From: Nostoc sp. PCC 7120 = FACHB-418 | Lineage (GTDB): Bacteria; Cyanobacteriota; Cyanobacteriia; Cyanobacteriales; Nostocaceae | DNA: 32,000 bases | NCBI RefSeq assembly: GCF_000009705.1 | Contig: NC_003272.1 | Location: 2,970,001 to 3,002,000, forward strand | Reading direction: 5' to 3' | Shown here: positions 8,044 through 15,296 of the stretch, one piece after another | Layout of the letters: each line of letters starts with the position of its first letter | Position numbering within the stretch: position 1 is the stretch's first letter | Notes under the pieces: generated by a model | What the model saw: the letters and a program-made list of their open reading frames with translations, nothing else | Databases searched by the model: none | What the model was told of the DNA's origin: nothing | Translations under genes and position numbers: made by a program

Positions 8044-8895
8044 TCACAGCAATCCTAAAGCTTTGAGACTGCGCCGAGTAACTTCAATTCGGGCAGCAGC
8101 GTCATCATTGTTGCGTATATCAATATTGGTAGCAAAGAAATATACATTATTGTTTTGTTCCAGATATCCCACAAACCAGCCAATATTCGGGGTAACACTT
8201 GCCGCCCAGCCTGTCTTTCCTCGCAATACATAATTGGGGGTACGTTCGTAAATCATGATGTCTTGAACTAAATCCAAAGTACGTTGGGAAAAGGGTAACT
8301 CTTTGCGGTGCAGACGTTGTAGAAACTCAATCTGTTGTTTGGGTGTAATTTGCAAAGGCCCTTCTAGCCAAAATCTGTCAATTTGCTCAGGTGTGCCGAT
8401 TTGAAGATTCCCATAGCCGACTTGCTTGATAAATTTCTCCATCCGTTCATGACCAATTTTTCGAGCCAGTACTTGGTAGAACCATACTGTCGAATTTCTG
8501 AATGCTTGGCGTATATTGGTGTCTTGATTCCATGTGGGGAACTGGCGCTGCATACCGTCCCAAGTCAAAATAGCCACATCATTGGAAATTACCCCAGTCT
8601 CTAAAGCTACCAGAGAATTAAAAATTTTAAAAGTCGAGGCAGGAAGGAACGATTGTGAGTTGCGAGCAGCGTTGTGTTCGTAAAATTTTTTGTTGTTGCG
8701 ATCGTAAATTAGAATAGAACCTTTGATTCCCAGTTGATTAAATGAACGCCCAAGGTTAACATTCACCGGAATTGCAGGTGTCTGAATTTCCTGGGAGTGT
8801 CCAGGCATATCTCGAAAATTGCTAATTGTTAAAAATGGCACAAGGGTAGTCATAGCAACGATCATTGCTAGGGACATTCGTCGATTTCGAGACAT
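8044..8895 (-). CDS. Class D (OXA-like) beta-lactamase / BlaR-sensor-like penicillin-recognising protein with an N-terminal signal/anchor
   Basis: 283 aa with all class D signature elements in order: STFK, S-T-V (NSTVWFYQ), YGN (GYGNLQIG), FWLEGPLQITP, KTG (RGKTGWA), GWFVGY. Hydrophobic N-terminus MSLAMIVAMTTLVPFLTI. Confidence 0.85.
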   Translation of the reverse strand: MSRNRRMSLAMIVAMTTLVPFLTISNFRDMPGHSQEIQTPAIPVNVNLGRSFNQLGIKGSILIYDRNNKKFYEHNAARNSQSFLPASTFKIFNSLVALETGVISNDVAILTWDGMQRQFPTWNQDTNIRQAFRNSTVWFYQVLARKIGHERMEKFIKQVGYGNLQIGTPEQIDRFWLEGPLQITPKQQIEFLQRLHRKELPFSQRTLDLVQDIMIYERTPNYVLRGKTGWAASVTPNIGWFVGYLEQNNNVYFFATNIDIRNNDDAAARIEVTRRSLKALGLL

Positions 8896-9190
8896 AACGA
8901 TCTTTCCTACAAAACTGATTTACAAACCAGTGATAATACAGCAATGGTGTTTGTAGTTCCAGAAATCTATTTCTCTGTTTGGTTGATTAGTCTGTGTGAT
9001 TTTATAGTTGCTATCTGCTGGTTCACGTTCTGATCACCGTCGATTTATTGCAAAAAGTAATAAACACCCAAGATAAATGGGAATAATAAATTTGCGTAAT
9101 TTGCTAGTTATCAGTTCAAGAGATGCTAAGTAGAACGACTTGAAAAAACCAACCTATGTTAAGTGATGTAAAAATACTAGGCTTCATTTC

Positions 9191-9257
9191 GTAGTAAGGA
9201 CTTTACTCCTTTTCTGTTCGCGGAGCGTCTTGCAGAGAGAACTTTAGTTCTTACTAC
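9191..9257. repeat. Imperfect inverted-repeat element in the bla/kinase divergent intergenic region
   Basis: Arms GTAGTAAGGACTTTA (9191-9205) and TTTAGTTCTTACTAC (9243-9257). The interior holds AGCGTCTTGCAGAGA (9224-9238), whose exact reverse complement is at 9339-9353. A related GGAGCGTCTCTCCCGCAG lies at ~9365. Confidence 0.55.
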
Positions 9258-9502
9258 AAACATTTAATTATTTACACTGTTCTACTTAATAGACTTGTGC
9301 CGTTAGTATTCAACGACTCTGTTAAGAGCTAAAGCCTTTCTCTGCAAGACGCTGATGAGGATCTGGAGCGTCTCTCCCGCAGTTCAGAATGGTGATAGCT
9401 AATAAGTAACAGGAAAAGATGTATTTTCAATTGCCAATTAACCAGTCTTAAAAGCACATCTACATAACTCCAGATTAAACCTGACGACTTATTAAATAGC
9501 TT

Positions 9503-11620
9503 ATGTATAATGAAACACTGAAGCAGCAAATAAATCTACTCCAGCAACAAAACGCTCAATTAAAGCAACAGTTGGCTGCAACTACCCAAGAATCTAGTGC
9601 AGTTATCGCCCGACTGGAACAGGAACTCAGTGAATCTAAAAACTTGTTGCTATTTTTTGATATTTCAGTGGATATACTCTGTATTGCTGACTTTAATGGC
9701 CATTTTCAGCGAGTGAATCAGGCTGGTGAAGATATTTTGGGTTATTCTCAAGCGGAGCTTTTATCTTTACCCTTCATGGAGCTAGTACATCCAGAAGATA
9801 GAGCCGCTACCTTGGCTGAAATGTCTAAGTTAAGTGAAGGAATTCGGGTTTTTCGGTTGGAAAATCGCTATCGCTGCAAAGATGGTTCCTATCGCTGGCT
9901 ATCGTGGACTTTGGTTGGTCACGATAACTATATTTTGGCGATGGCTAGAGATGTGAGCGATAGTGTTGAGCTTCGCTCATGCAAACAAACTGAAGTCACG
10001 CTACGTCAACAAGAAGCCCAGTATCGGGGCATTTTTGAGACTGTGAATGATGGTATCGGCGTTATAGATTTGGATACTAGCAAGTTAGTTGCGGTGAATC
10101 CTGCTTTTTGTGAGATGCACGGCTATTCTCAATCTGAGTTTCTCAATCTCAACCCCACAGATTATATTCACGCCGAATCTTATGAGAAGTTTGGGGATTT
10201 TATCAAAACAGTGAAAGCTGGGCAGAAATATCATACCCAAGCTGTAGGTATTTGCAAAGACGGTACTAGCTTTGATATAGAAGTCACAGGAAAACTGCTT
10301 TACTACGATGGTAAGCCTCATGCCATTGCGGTAGTGAGGGATATTAGTGAGCGCGTAGAAGCAGAACGGGAACAAAAAAGATTACTGGCAATTTTGGAAG
10401 CAACCCCTGATATTGTTGGTATAGCTGATGCGTCTGGAATAAATTGCTACTTAAATCAAGCGGCACAGAATTTGCTGGGTATCCCCACAACTGAGAAATT
10501 TCCTATCGCTTCGGCGACGGGAGTGTCAATGTTAGAGAGATTTCAGACTGAAATTATACCTACAGTTATGGAACAGGGAATTTGGTCTGGAGAATCTTTA
10601 ATGCGATCGCGCAACGGAGAAGAGTTCCCTGTTTCTCAAGTGATTATTGCCCATAAAAATGAACAAGGGGAAGTAGAATTTTTATCCACTATTGCCCGTG
10701 ATATCCGCGATCGCCAACAAATTGAAGCCCGACTCAGACAACAAGCGCAAGATTTAGAAACAACTGTGCAAGAACTCCAACGCACTCAGACGCAGATGAT
10801 TCAAGCAGAGAAAATGTCTAGCTTAGGACAGTTGGTTGCTGGTGTCGCCCACGAAATTAATAATCCTGTTAACTTTATCCACGGTAATCTCAATTATCTT
10901 GAGGAGCATACTCAAGACTTACTGCGAATTATTGAAGTTTATCAACAAAAAAATCCCAATTATGAACCTGGATTACAAGATTTGCATGAGGAAATTGACC
11001 TGGAATATATCCAACAAGATTTGCCAAAAATTTTAAACTCTATGAAGGTGGGTACTCAACGTATCCGCCAAATTGTGTTGTCGTTGCGTACTTTTTCTCG
11101 CATGGATGAAGCTGAATTTAAAGCTGTGGACATTCATGCAGGCATCGATAGTACTTTAATGATCTTACAACATCGCCTCAAAGAGCAACCAGAACGTCCA
11201 GCCGTTCAAGTGATTAAGGACTATGGGACTTTACCATCAGTAGAATGCTATGCGGGGCAGCTTAATCAAGTTTTTATGAATATTCTAGCAAACGCCATTG
11301 ATGCTTTAGAGGACGGAATAGTTAAAGGAGAATGGGTAATGGGTAATGGGGAAATTCCCACAATTCGGATTTCTACTTCAGTTAGCGGTGCTAATTGGAT
11401 TAGGATGGCGATCGCTGATAACGGTATGGGTATGTCAGAAAAAACTCAACAACAGATATTTAATCCGTTTTTTACTACCAAGCCTGTGGGCAAAGGAACA
11501 GGTATGGGGATGTCTATCAGTTACCAAATCATCACCGAAAAGCATGGCGGTAAACTGCAATGTAATTCCCACCCTGGGAAAGGTACAGAATTTATCATTG
11601 AAATTCCTATTCAACAATAA
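9503..11620 (+). CDS. Soluble multi-PAS sensor histidine kinase (coiled-coil leader, about three PAS modules, HisKA + HATPase_c); no cognate response regulator nearby
   Basis: H-box VAGVAHEINNPVNFIHGNL, N-box FMNILANAIDA, G1 IADNGMGM, G2 GKGTGMGMSISY. PAS-like blocks such as FQRVNQAGEDILGYSQAELL and LVAVNPAFCEMHGYSQSEFL. Confidence 0.9.
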   Translation: MYNETLKQQINLLQQQNAQLKQQLAATTQESSAVIARLEQELSESKNLLLFFDISVDILCIADFNGHFQRVNQAGEDILGYSQAELLSLPFMELVHPEDRAATLAEMSKLSEGIRVFRLENRYRCKDGSYRWLSWTLVGHDNYILAMARDVSDSVELRSCKQTEVTLRQQEAQYRGIFETVNDGIGVIDLDTSKLVAVNPAFCEMHGYSQSEFLNLNPTDYIHAESYEKFGDFIKTVKAGQKYHTQAVGICKDGTSFDIEVTGKLLYYDGKPHAIAVVRDISERVEAEREQKRLLAILEATPDIVGIADASGINCYLNQAAQNLLGIPTTEKFPIASATGVSMLERFQTEIIPTVMEQGIWSGESLMRSRNGEEFPVSQVIIAHKNEQGEVEFLSTIARDIRDRQQIEARLRQQAQDLETTVQELQRTQTQMIQAEKMSSLGQLVAGVAHEINNPVNFIHGNLNYLEEHTQDLLRIIEVYQQKNPNYEPGLQDLHEEIDLEYIQQDLPKILNSMKVGTQRIRQIVLSLRTFSRMDEAEFKAVDIHAGIDSTLMILQHRLKEQPERPAVQVIKDYGTLPSVECYAGQLNQVFMNILANAIDALEDGIVKGEWVMGNGEIPTIRISTSVSGANWIRMAIADNGMGMSEKTQQQIFNPFFTTKPVGKGTGMGMSISYQIITEKHGGKLQCNSHPGKGTEFIIEIPIQQ

Positions 11621-11623
11621 ATA

Positions 11624-11711
11624 ATACCAATTTTAAAAAAGAATGCGACAGATATACAGCCCCAAATGCTTGTCCTGTATTGATTATTAATTTTTAATTT
11701 TTAATTGGTAT
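11624..11711. repeat. Hairpin carrying the conserved 24-nt core (copy 2, inverted), immediately 3' of the kinase gene; possible terminator
   Basis: Closing stem ATACCAATT/AATTGGTAT (11624-11632 / 11703-11711). Core TACAGCCCCAAATGCTTGTCCTGT at 11655-11678. The adjacent TTGATT is also shared with copy 1. Confidence 0.55.
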
Positions 11712-11898
11712 AACTTTTGAATAATACTGAAAAATCTTGCCTAATGATGATTAAGTGATTATACAAAAAAGCATGGAATAATTATCCCATACCTTTTTGC
11801 TAATCAAAATTTTATTTGTCATTTATTGATGAGTTCGTAGTAGCAGTATCTAGGAAGATGAGAACAGAAAATAACCATCAGCCTGTTCCCTGCTATAT

Positions 11899-12051
11899 TT
11901 ACCAAATCTCTGCTGTACGCTTTTTATAAGGATCACCTGTAAATGGTTGTACGCCTATAGTTGGATAAGCATCGTCATTAGGGCCAAAAATCCGCAAGAA
12001 GGCTTCAGAAACATACTGTACTACGCCAGCGATCATTTTGGTAATAGCCAT
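11899..12051 (-). CDS. Candidate small protein (50 aa), below the ORF-track cutoff
   Basis: My own translation: MAITKMIAGVVQYVSEAFLRIFGPNDDAYPTIGVQPFTGDPYKKRTAEIW*. AGGAG lies 9 nt upstream of the ATG (minus strand ...AATAGGAGTCCAACTTTATG). It is the only plausible ORF in an ~900-bp gap. Confidence 0.45.
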   Translation of the reverse strand: MAITKMIAGVVQYVSEAFLRIFGPNDDAYPTIGVQPFTGDPYKKRTAEIW

Positions 12052-12455
12052 AAAGTTGGACTCCTATTTGAGTCAATTTCTGGTGATTTATCTACTCTAA
12101 TCCCAATAAGTTGATCTGAGTCTTACTCTCAACATATCGAGAACAAAAGTAATACTTTTTCGGATAGCTTTGCAATACTTTAAATTGTGGGAGAGTTGAC
12201 AGTTTTCACTTAGATTTTAACCCAAAAATTCCCATCAGAAAAGGTGAAAAACCAAGGGGAAACGCGCTGATATTTTCTTTCTCTTCCTTGCTGCCAAAAG
12301 CGTTGAAAATTTTTGTGGGCGTTATGCAAACATAATTATCATCGGAATATTATCGAAATTAACTATTAATAAACATTAATTAATGGATATTTTAAACTTT
12401 ACAAAAGGCTATAAAGCTTGTATTTGCTTGTGAATAAATTATTTCTTCTTAGGGG

Positions 12456-12486
12456 TTGACAATATTTATGGTAAATTCTACCATAA
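12456..12486 (+). promoter_or_regulatory. Putative sigma70-type promoter (TTGACA, 17 nt, TACCAT) overlapped by a perfect palindrome, candidate NrtR operator
   Basis: TTGACA at 12456-12461 and TACCAT at 12479-12484. Palindrome TTATGGTA-AATTC-TACCATAA at 12466-12486, containing GT-N7-AC. It lies 33 nt upstream of the pncB ATG. Confidence 0.6.
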
Positions 12487-12518
12487 TAAAAAGAGCATTC
12501 TTTTAAGGAAGCGCTTGC

Positions 12519-13898
12519 ATGACAACTATCCCCATCTGGGATGTTCAGCAAACCCCAGAACTAAACATCTCTGCGGCTGATTACAGCCTACTTACCGATC
12601 TTTATCAGCTGACAATGGCTGCTTGTTATACAGGTGAAGGTGTAGAACAACGACGGGCTAGCTTTGAGTTATTTGTGCGGCGATCGCCAGAAGGTTTTGG
12701 CTACTTAATTGCGATGGGGTTGGCGCAAGCACTGGAATATTTAGAAAAGTTAAGATTTAGCCCGGAACAAATAGCCGCATTACAAGCCACAGGAATTTTT
12801 GCTCATGCAGGAGAAGGCTTTTGGTCATTGCTAGCCGAGGGGCGGTTTACTGGGGATGTGTGGGCAGTACCAGAAGGGACAGCCGTATTTGCTAACGAGC
12901 CACTGTTACGGGTGGAAGCACCATTATGGCAAGCACAGTTAGTAGAAACTTACTTATTAAATACACTCAATTACCAAACCTTAGTAGCCACAAGAGCAGC
13001 ACGTCTCCGTGATATAGCTGGTGAGCAAGCAACACTTTTGGAATTTGGTACGAGACGAGCCTTTAGCCCCCAAGCGTCTTTATGGGCAGCACGGGCAGCT
13101 TTAGCGGGTGGTTTAGATGCCACCTCCAATGTGTTAGCAGCGCTACAACTGGGACAACAGCCAAGTGGTACGATGGCTCACGCCTTGGTTATGGCGTTGT
13201 CGGCGATGGAAGGCAGTGAAGAACAAGCCTTTAGTGCGTTTCATCGCTATTTTCCCGGCGCGCCTTTGTTAATTGATACTTATGATACTATCGCGGCTGC
13301 CCAACACTTAGCAGAAAAAGTGAATACCGGAAAAATGGAATTATCTGGTGTCAGGTTAGATTCTGGTGACTTAGTTAGCTTATCAAAACAAGTGCGATCG
13401 CTCCTGCCAGATGTATCGATTTTTGCTAGTGGTGACTTAGATGAATGGGAAATTGCCAAACTCCAAGCAGCCGGTGCAGAAATCGACGGCTACGGACTAG
13501 GAACCAAGCTAGTTACAGGTTCCCCCGTGAATGGAGTTTATAAACTCGTAGAAATTGATGACATCCCAGTGATGAAAAAGTCCAGTGGTAAAACAACATA
13601 CCCAGGGCGTAAGCAGATTTTTCGTTCCTTTGGGGATGGTCAGGTTCAAGCAGACAGATTGGGGTTAATCACAGATACACCCTTAATTACAGAAAAACCT
13701 TTGTTGGAATTGGTAGTCAAAGAAGGTCAACGCCTACAACCACGAGAAACTCTGTCCGCAATTCGCCAACGCACAGCCGCCTCTGTCGCCAGTTTACCCG
13801 AACAAACAAGACGTTTAGATAATCCCGTTCCCGTACCCATACAAATTTCCACCGCATTGCAAGATTTGACAGAAGTTACATTGCAACGTCTCAACTAA
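12519..13898 (+). CDS. pncB: Nicotinate phosphoribosyltransferase
   Basis: 459 aa with NAPRTase family blocks (LLTDLYQLTMAACY..., LLEFGTRRA, GTMAHALV, GVRLDSGD, GYGLGTKL). Heads an NAD-metabolism gene string. Confidence 0.88.
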   Translation: MTTIPIWDVQQTPELNISAADYSLLTDLYQLTMAACYTGEGVEQRRASFELFVRRSPEGFGYLIAMGLAQALEYLEKLRFSPEQIAALQATGIFAHAGEGFWSLLAEGRFTGDVWAVPEGTAVFANEPLLRVEAPLWQAQLVETYLLNTLNYQTLVATRAARLRDIAGEQATLLEFGTRRAFSPQASLWAARAALAGGLDATSNVLAALQLGQQPSGTMAHALVMALSAMEGSEEQAFSAFHRYFPGAPLLIDTYDTIAAAQHLAEKVNTGKMELSGVRLDSGDLVSLSKQVRSLLPDVSIFASGDLDEWEIAKLQAAGAEIDGYGLGTKLVTGSPVNGVYKLVEIDDIPVMKKSSGKTTYPGRKQIFRSFGDGQVQADRLGLITDTPLITEKPLLELVVKEGQRLQPRETLSAIRQRTAASVASLPEQTRRLDNPVPVPIQISTALQDLTEVTLQRLN

Positions 13899-13910
13899 CG
13901 ACAACTGACA

Positions 13911-14513
13911 ATGAAAAAAATTGCTTTATTTGGTACTAGTGCAGACCCACCAACAGCAGGACATCAGATTATTTTACGCTGGTTGTCTGAGCGTTATGAT
14001 TGGGTGGCGGTTTGGGCGGCGGATAACCCGTTTAAATCTCATCAAACACTATTAGAGCATCGGGCGGCAATGCTGCGGCTGTTGATTGCGGATATAGAAG
14101 CGCCTCGGCAGAATATAGCTTTAGAACAGGATTTGAGTAGCTTTAGAACTCTGGAAACATTGGAGAAGGCGAAATTACGTTGGGGTGCAAATACAGAGTT
14201 TACTTTGATCATTGGTTCAGATTTACTGAGTCAGTTACCCCGTTGGTATCGAGTTGAAGAATTATTACAGCAGGTGCAACTGTTGATTGTGCCACGACCA
14301 GGATATGCCATAGATGGGACTAGTCTAGAAGCTGTGCAACAACTGGGCGGTAAAATTGCGATCGCCTCTTTTACAGGTCTAGATGTTTCCTCAACAGCAT
14401 ATCGTGAACGTGGAGAAACTGAAGCTCTCACCCCCCCTATAGTCGAATACATTCATCAACAGCATTTGTACAAATGCCCGGACGCAACCAAAAAAAGTTT
14501 TCAACTTCGTTAA
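13911..14513 (+). CDS. nadD: Nicotinate-nucleotide adenylyltransferase
   Basis: 200 aa. Nucleotidyltransferase (H/T)xGH-type motif FGTSADPPTAGH and ISSTxxR-like VSSTAYRE near the C-terminus. Confidence 0.85.
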   Translation: MKKIALFGTSADPPTAGHQIILRWLSERYDWVAVWAADNPFKSHQTLLEHRAAMLRLLIADIEAPRQNIALEQDLSSFRTLETLEKAKLRWGANTEFTLIIGSDLLSQLPRWYRVEELLQQVQLLIVPRPGYAIDGTSLEAVQQLGGKIAIASFTGLDVSSTAYRERGETEALTPPIVEYIHQQHLYKCPDATKKSFQLR

Positions 14514-15220
14514 ATCAACAACCTTTAGCCGATTTTAAGGTTGGTGTTGATAATGTAATTTTTTCTGTAGATACTGAAAAAAATCGGCTGTTAGTTCTGT
14601 TAGTAATGCGACAGCAAGAACCATTTTTAAATTATTGGAGTCTTCCTGGTACTTTGGTGCGAGAAGGAGAGTCTTTAGAAGACGCTGCTTATCGCATTAT
14701 GGCAGAGAAAATTAGAGTCAAAAATCTCTATTTGGAACAGCTATATACATTTGGCGGCCCCAATCGTGACCCAAGGGAAGCAACTGGCAGTTATGGTGTA
14801 CGTTACCTATCCGTTAGTTATTTTGCTCTCGTCAGATTTGAGGAAGCAGAATTAATTGCTGATGGCGTGACTGGTATTGCTTGGTATCCAGTCAAGCAAG
14901 TGCCAAAATTATCTTTTGACCATAATGAAATTTTGGCTTATGGACATCGCCGCTTACGCAATAAATTAGAGTACAGTCCAGTTGCATTTGAAGTCTTACC
15001 GGAAATGTTTACTTTGAATGATTTATATCAGTTGTACACAACAGTTTTAGGCGAAAATTTCTCTGATTATTCCAACTTTCGAGCGCGTTTATTGAAGTTG
15101 GGATTTTTATCTGATACCGGAATCAAAGTATCACGAGGTGCAGGTCGTCCTGCGAGTTTATATAAGTTTGATGCTGAAGCCTTTTCCCCTTTCAAGGACA
15201 AACCTTTGGTATTTATCTAA
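14474..15220 (+). CDS. nrtR: Nudix-related transcriptional regulator of NAD metabolism (NrtR family): Nudix-fold domain plus C-terminal winged helix
   Basis: The Nudix fold has a degenerate Nudix box (GTLVREGESLEDAAYRIMAEKIRV lacks the REUxEE glutamates). C-terminal wHTH FTLNDLYQLYTTVLGENFSDYSNFRARLLKLGFL...GRPASLYKF. Embedded between nadD and nadE. The only ATG start overlaps nadD by 40 nt. Confidence 0.75.
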   Translation: MPGRNQKKFSTSLNQQPLADFKVGVDNVIFSVDTEKNRLLVLLVMRQQEPFLNYWSLPGTLVREGESLEDAAYRIMAEKIRVKNLYLEQLYTFGGPNRDPREATGSYGVRYLSVSYFALVRFEEAELIADGVTGIAWYPVKQVPKLSFDHNEILAYGHRRLRNKLEYSPVAFEVLPEMFTLNDLYQLYTTVLGENFSDYSNFRARLLKLGFLSDTGIKVSRGAGRPASLYKFDAEAFSPFKDKPLVFI

Positions 15221-15244
15221 TTGGTAATTATTGCCTAAATTATT

Positions 15245-15273
15245 GTAGAGAGGTTGCAATGCAACCTCTCTAC
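15245..15273. other. Perfect 13-bp stem / 3-nt loop hairpin between nrtR and nadE
   Basis: GTAGAGAGGTTGC-AAT-GCAACCTCTCTAC. No U-tract follows on either strand, so it is not a classical terminator. Confidence 0.7.
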
Positions 15274-15296
15274 CAAAAACCTATTAATTAAAAACA

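Noticed and set aside
9329-9529. 66-aa minus-strand ORF in the bla/kinase intergenic region
   Set aside because: It is assembled largely from the GAGCGTCT-type repeat copies and overlaps the kinase start. There is no ribosome-binding site and the sequence is low-complexity.
11346-11624. 92-aa alternative-frame ORF, and other short ORFs (10085-10375 minus, 10836-11036 plus, 11435-11617 minus) inside the histidine kinase gene
   Set aside because: They are nested in a gene with clear H, N, G1 and G2 boxes and have no independent signals.
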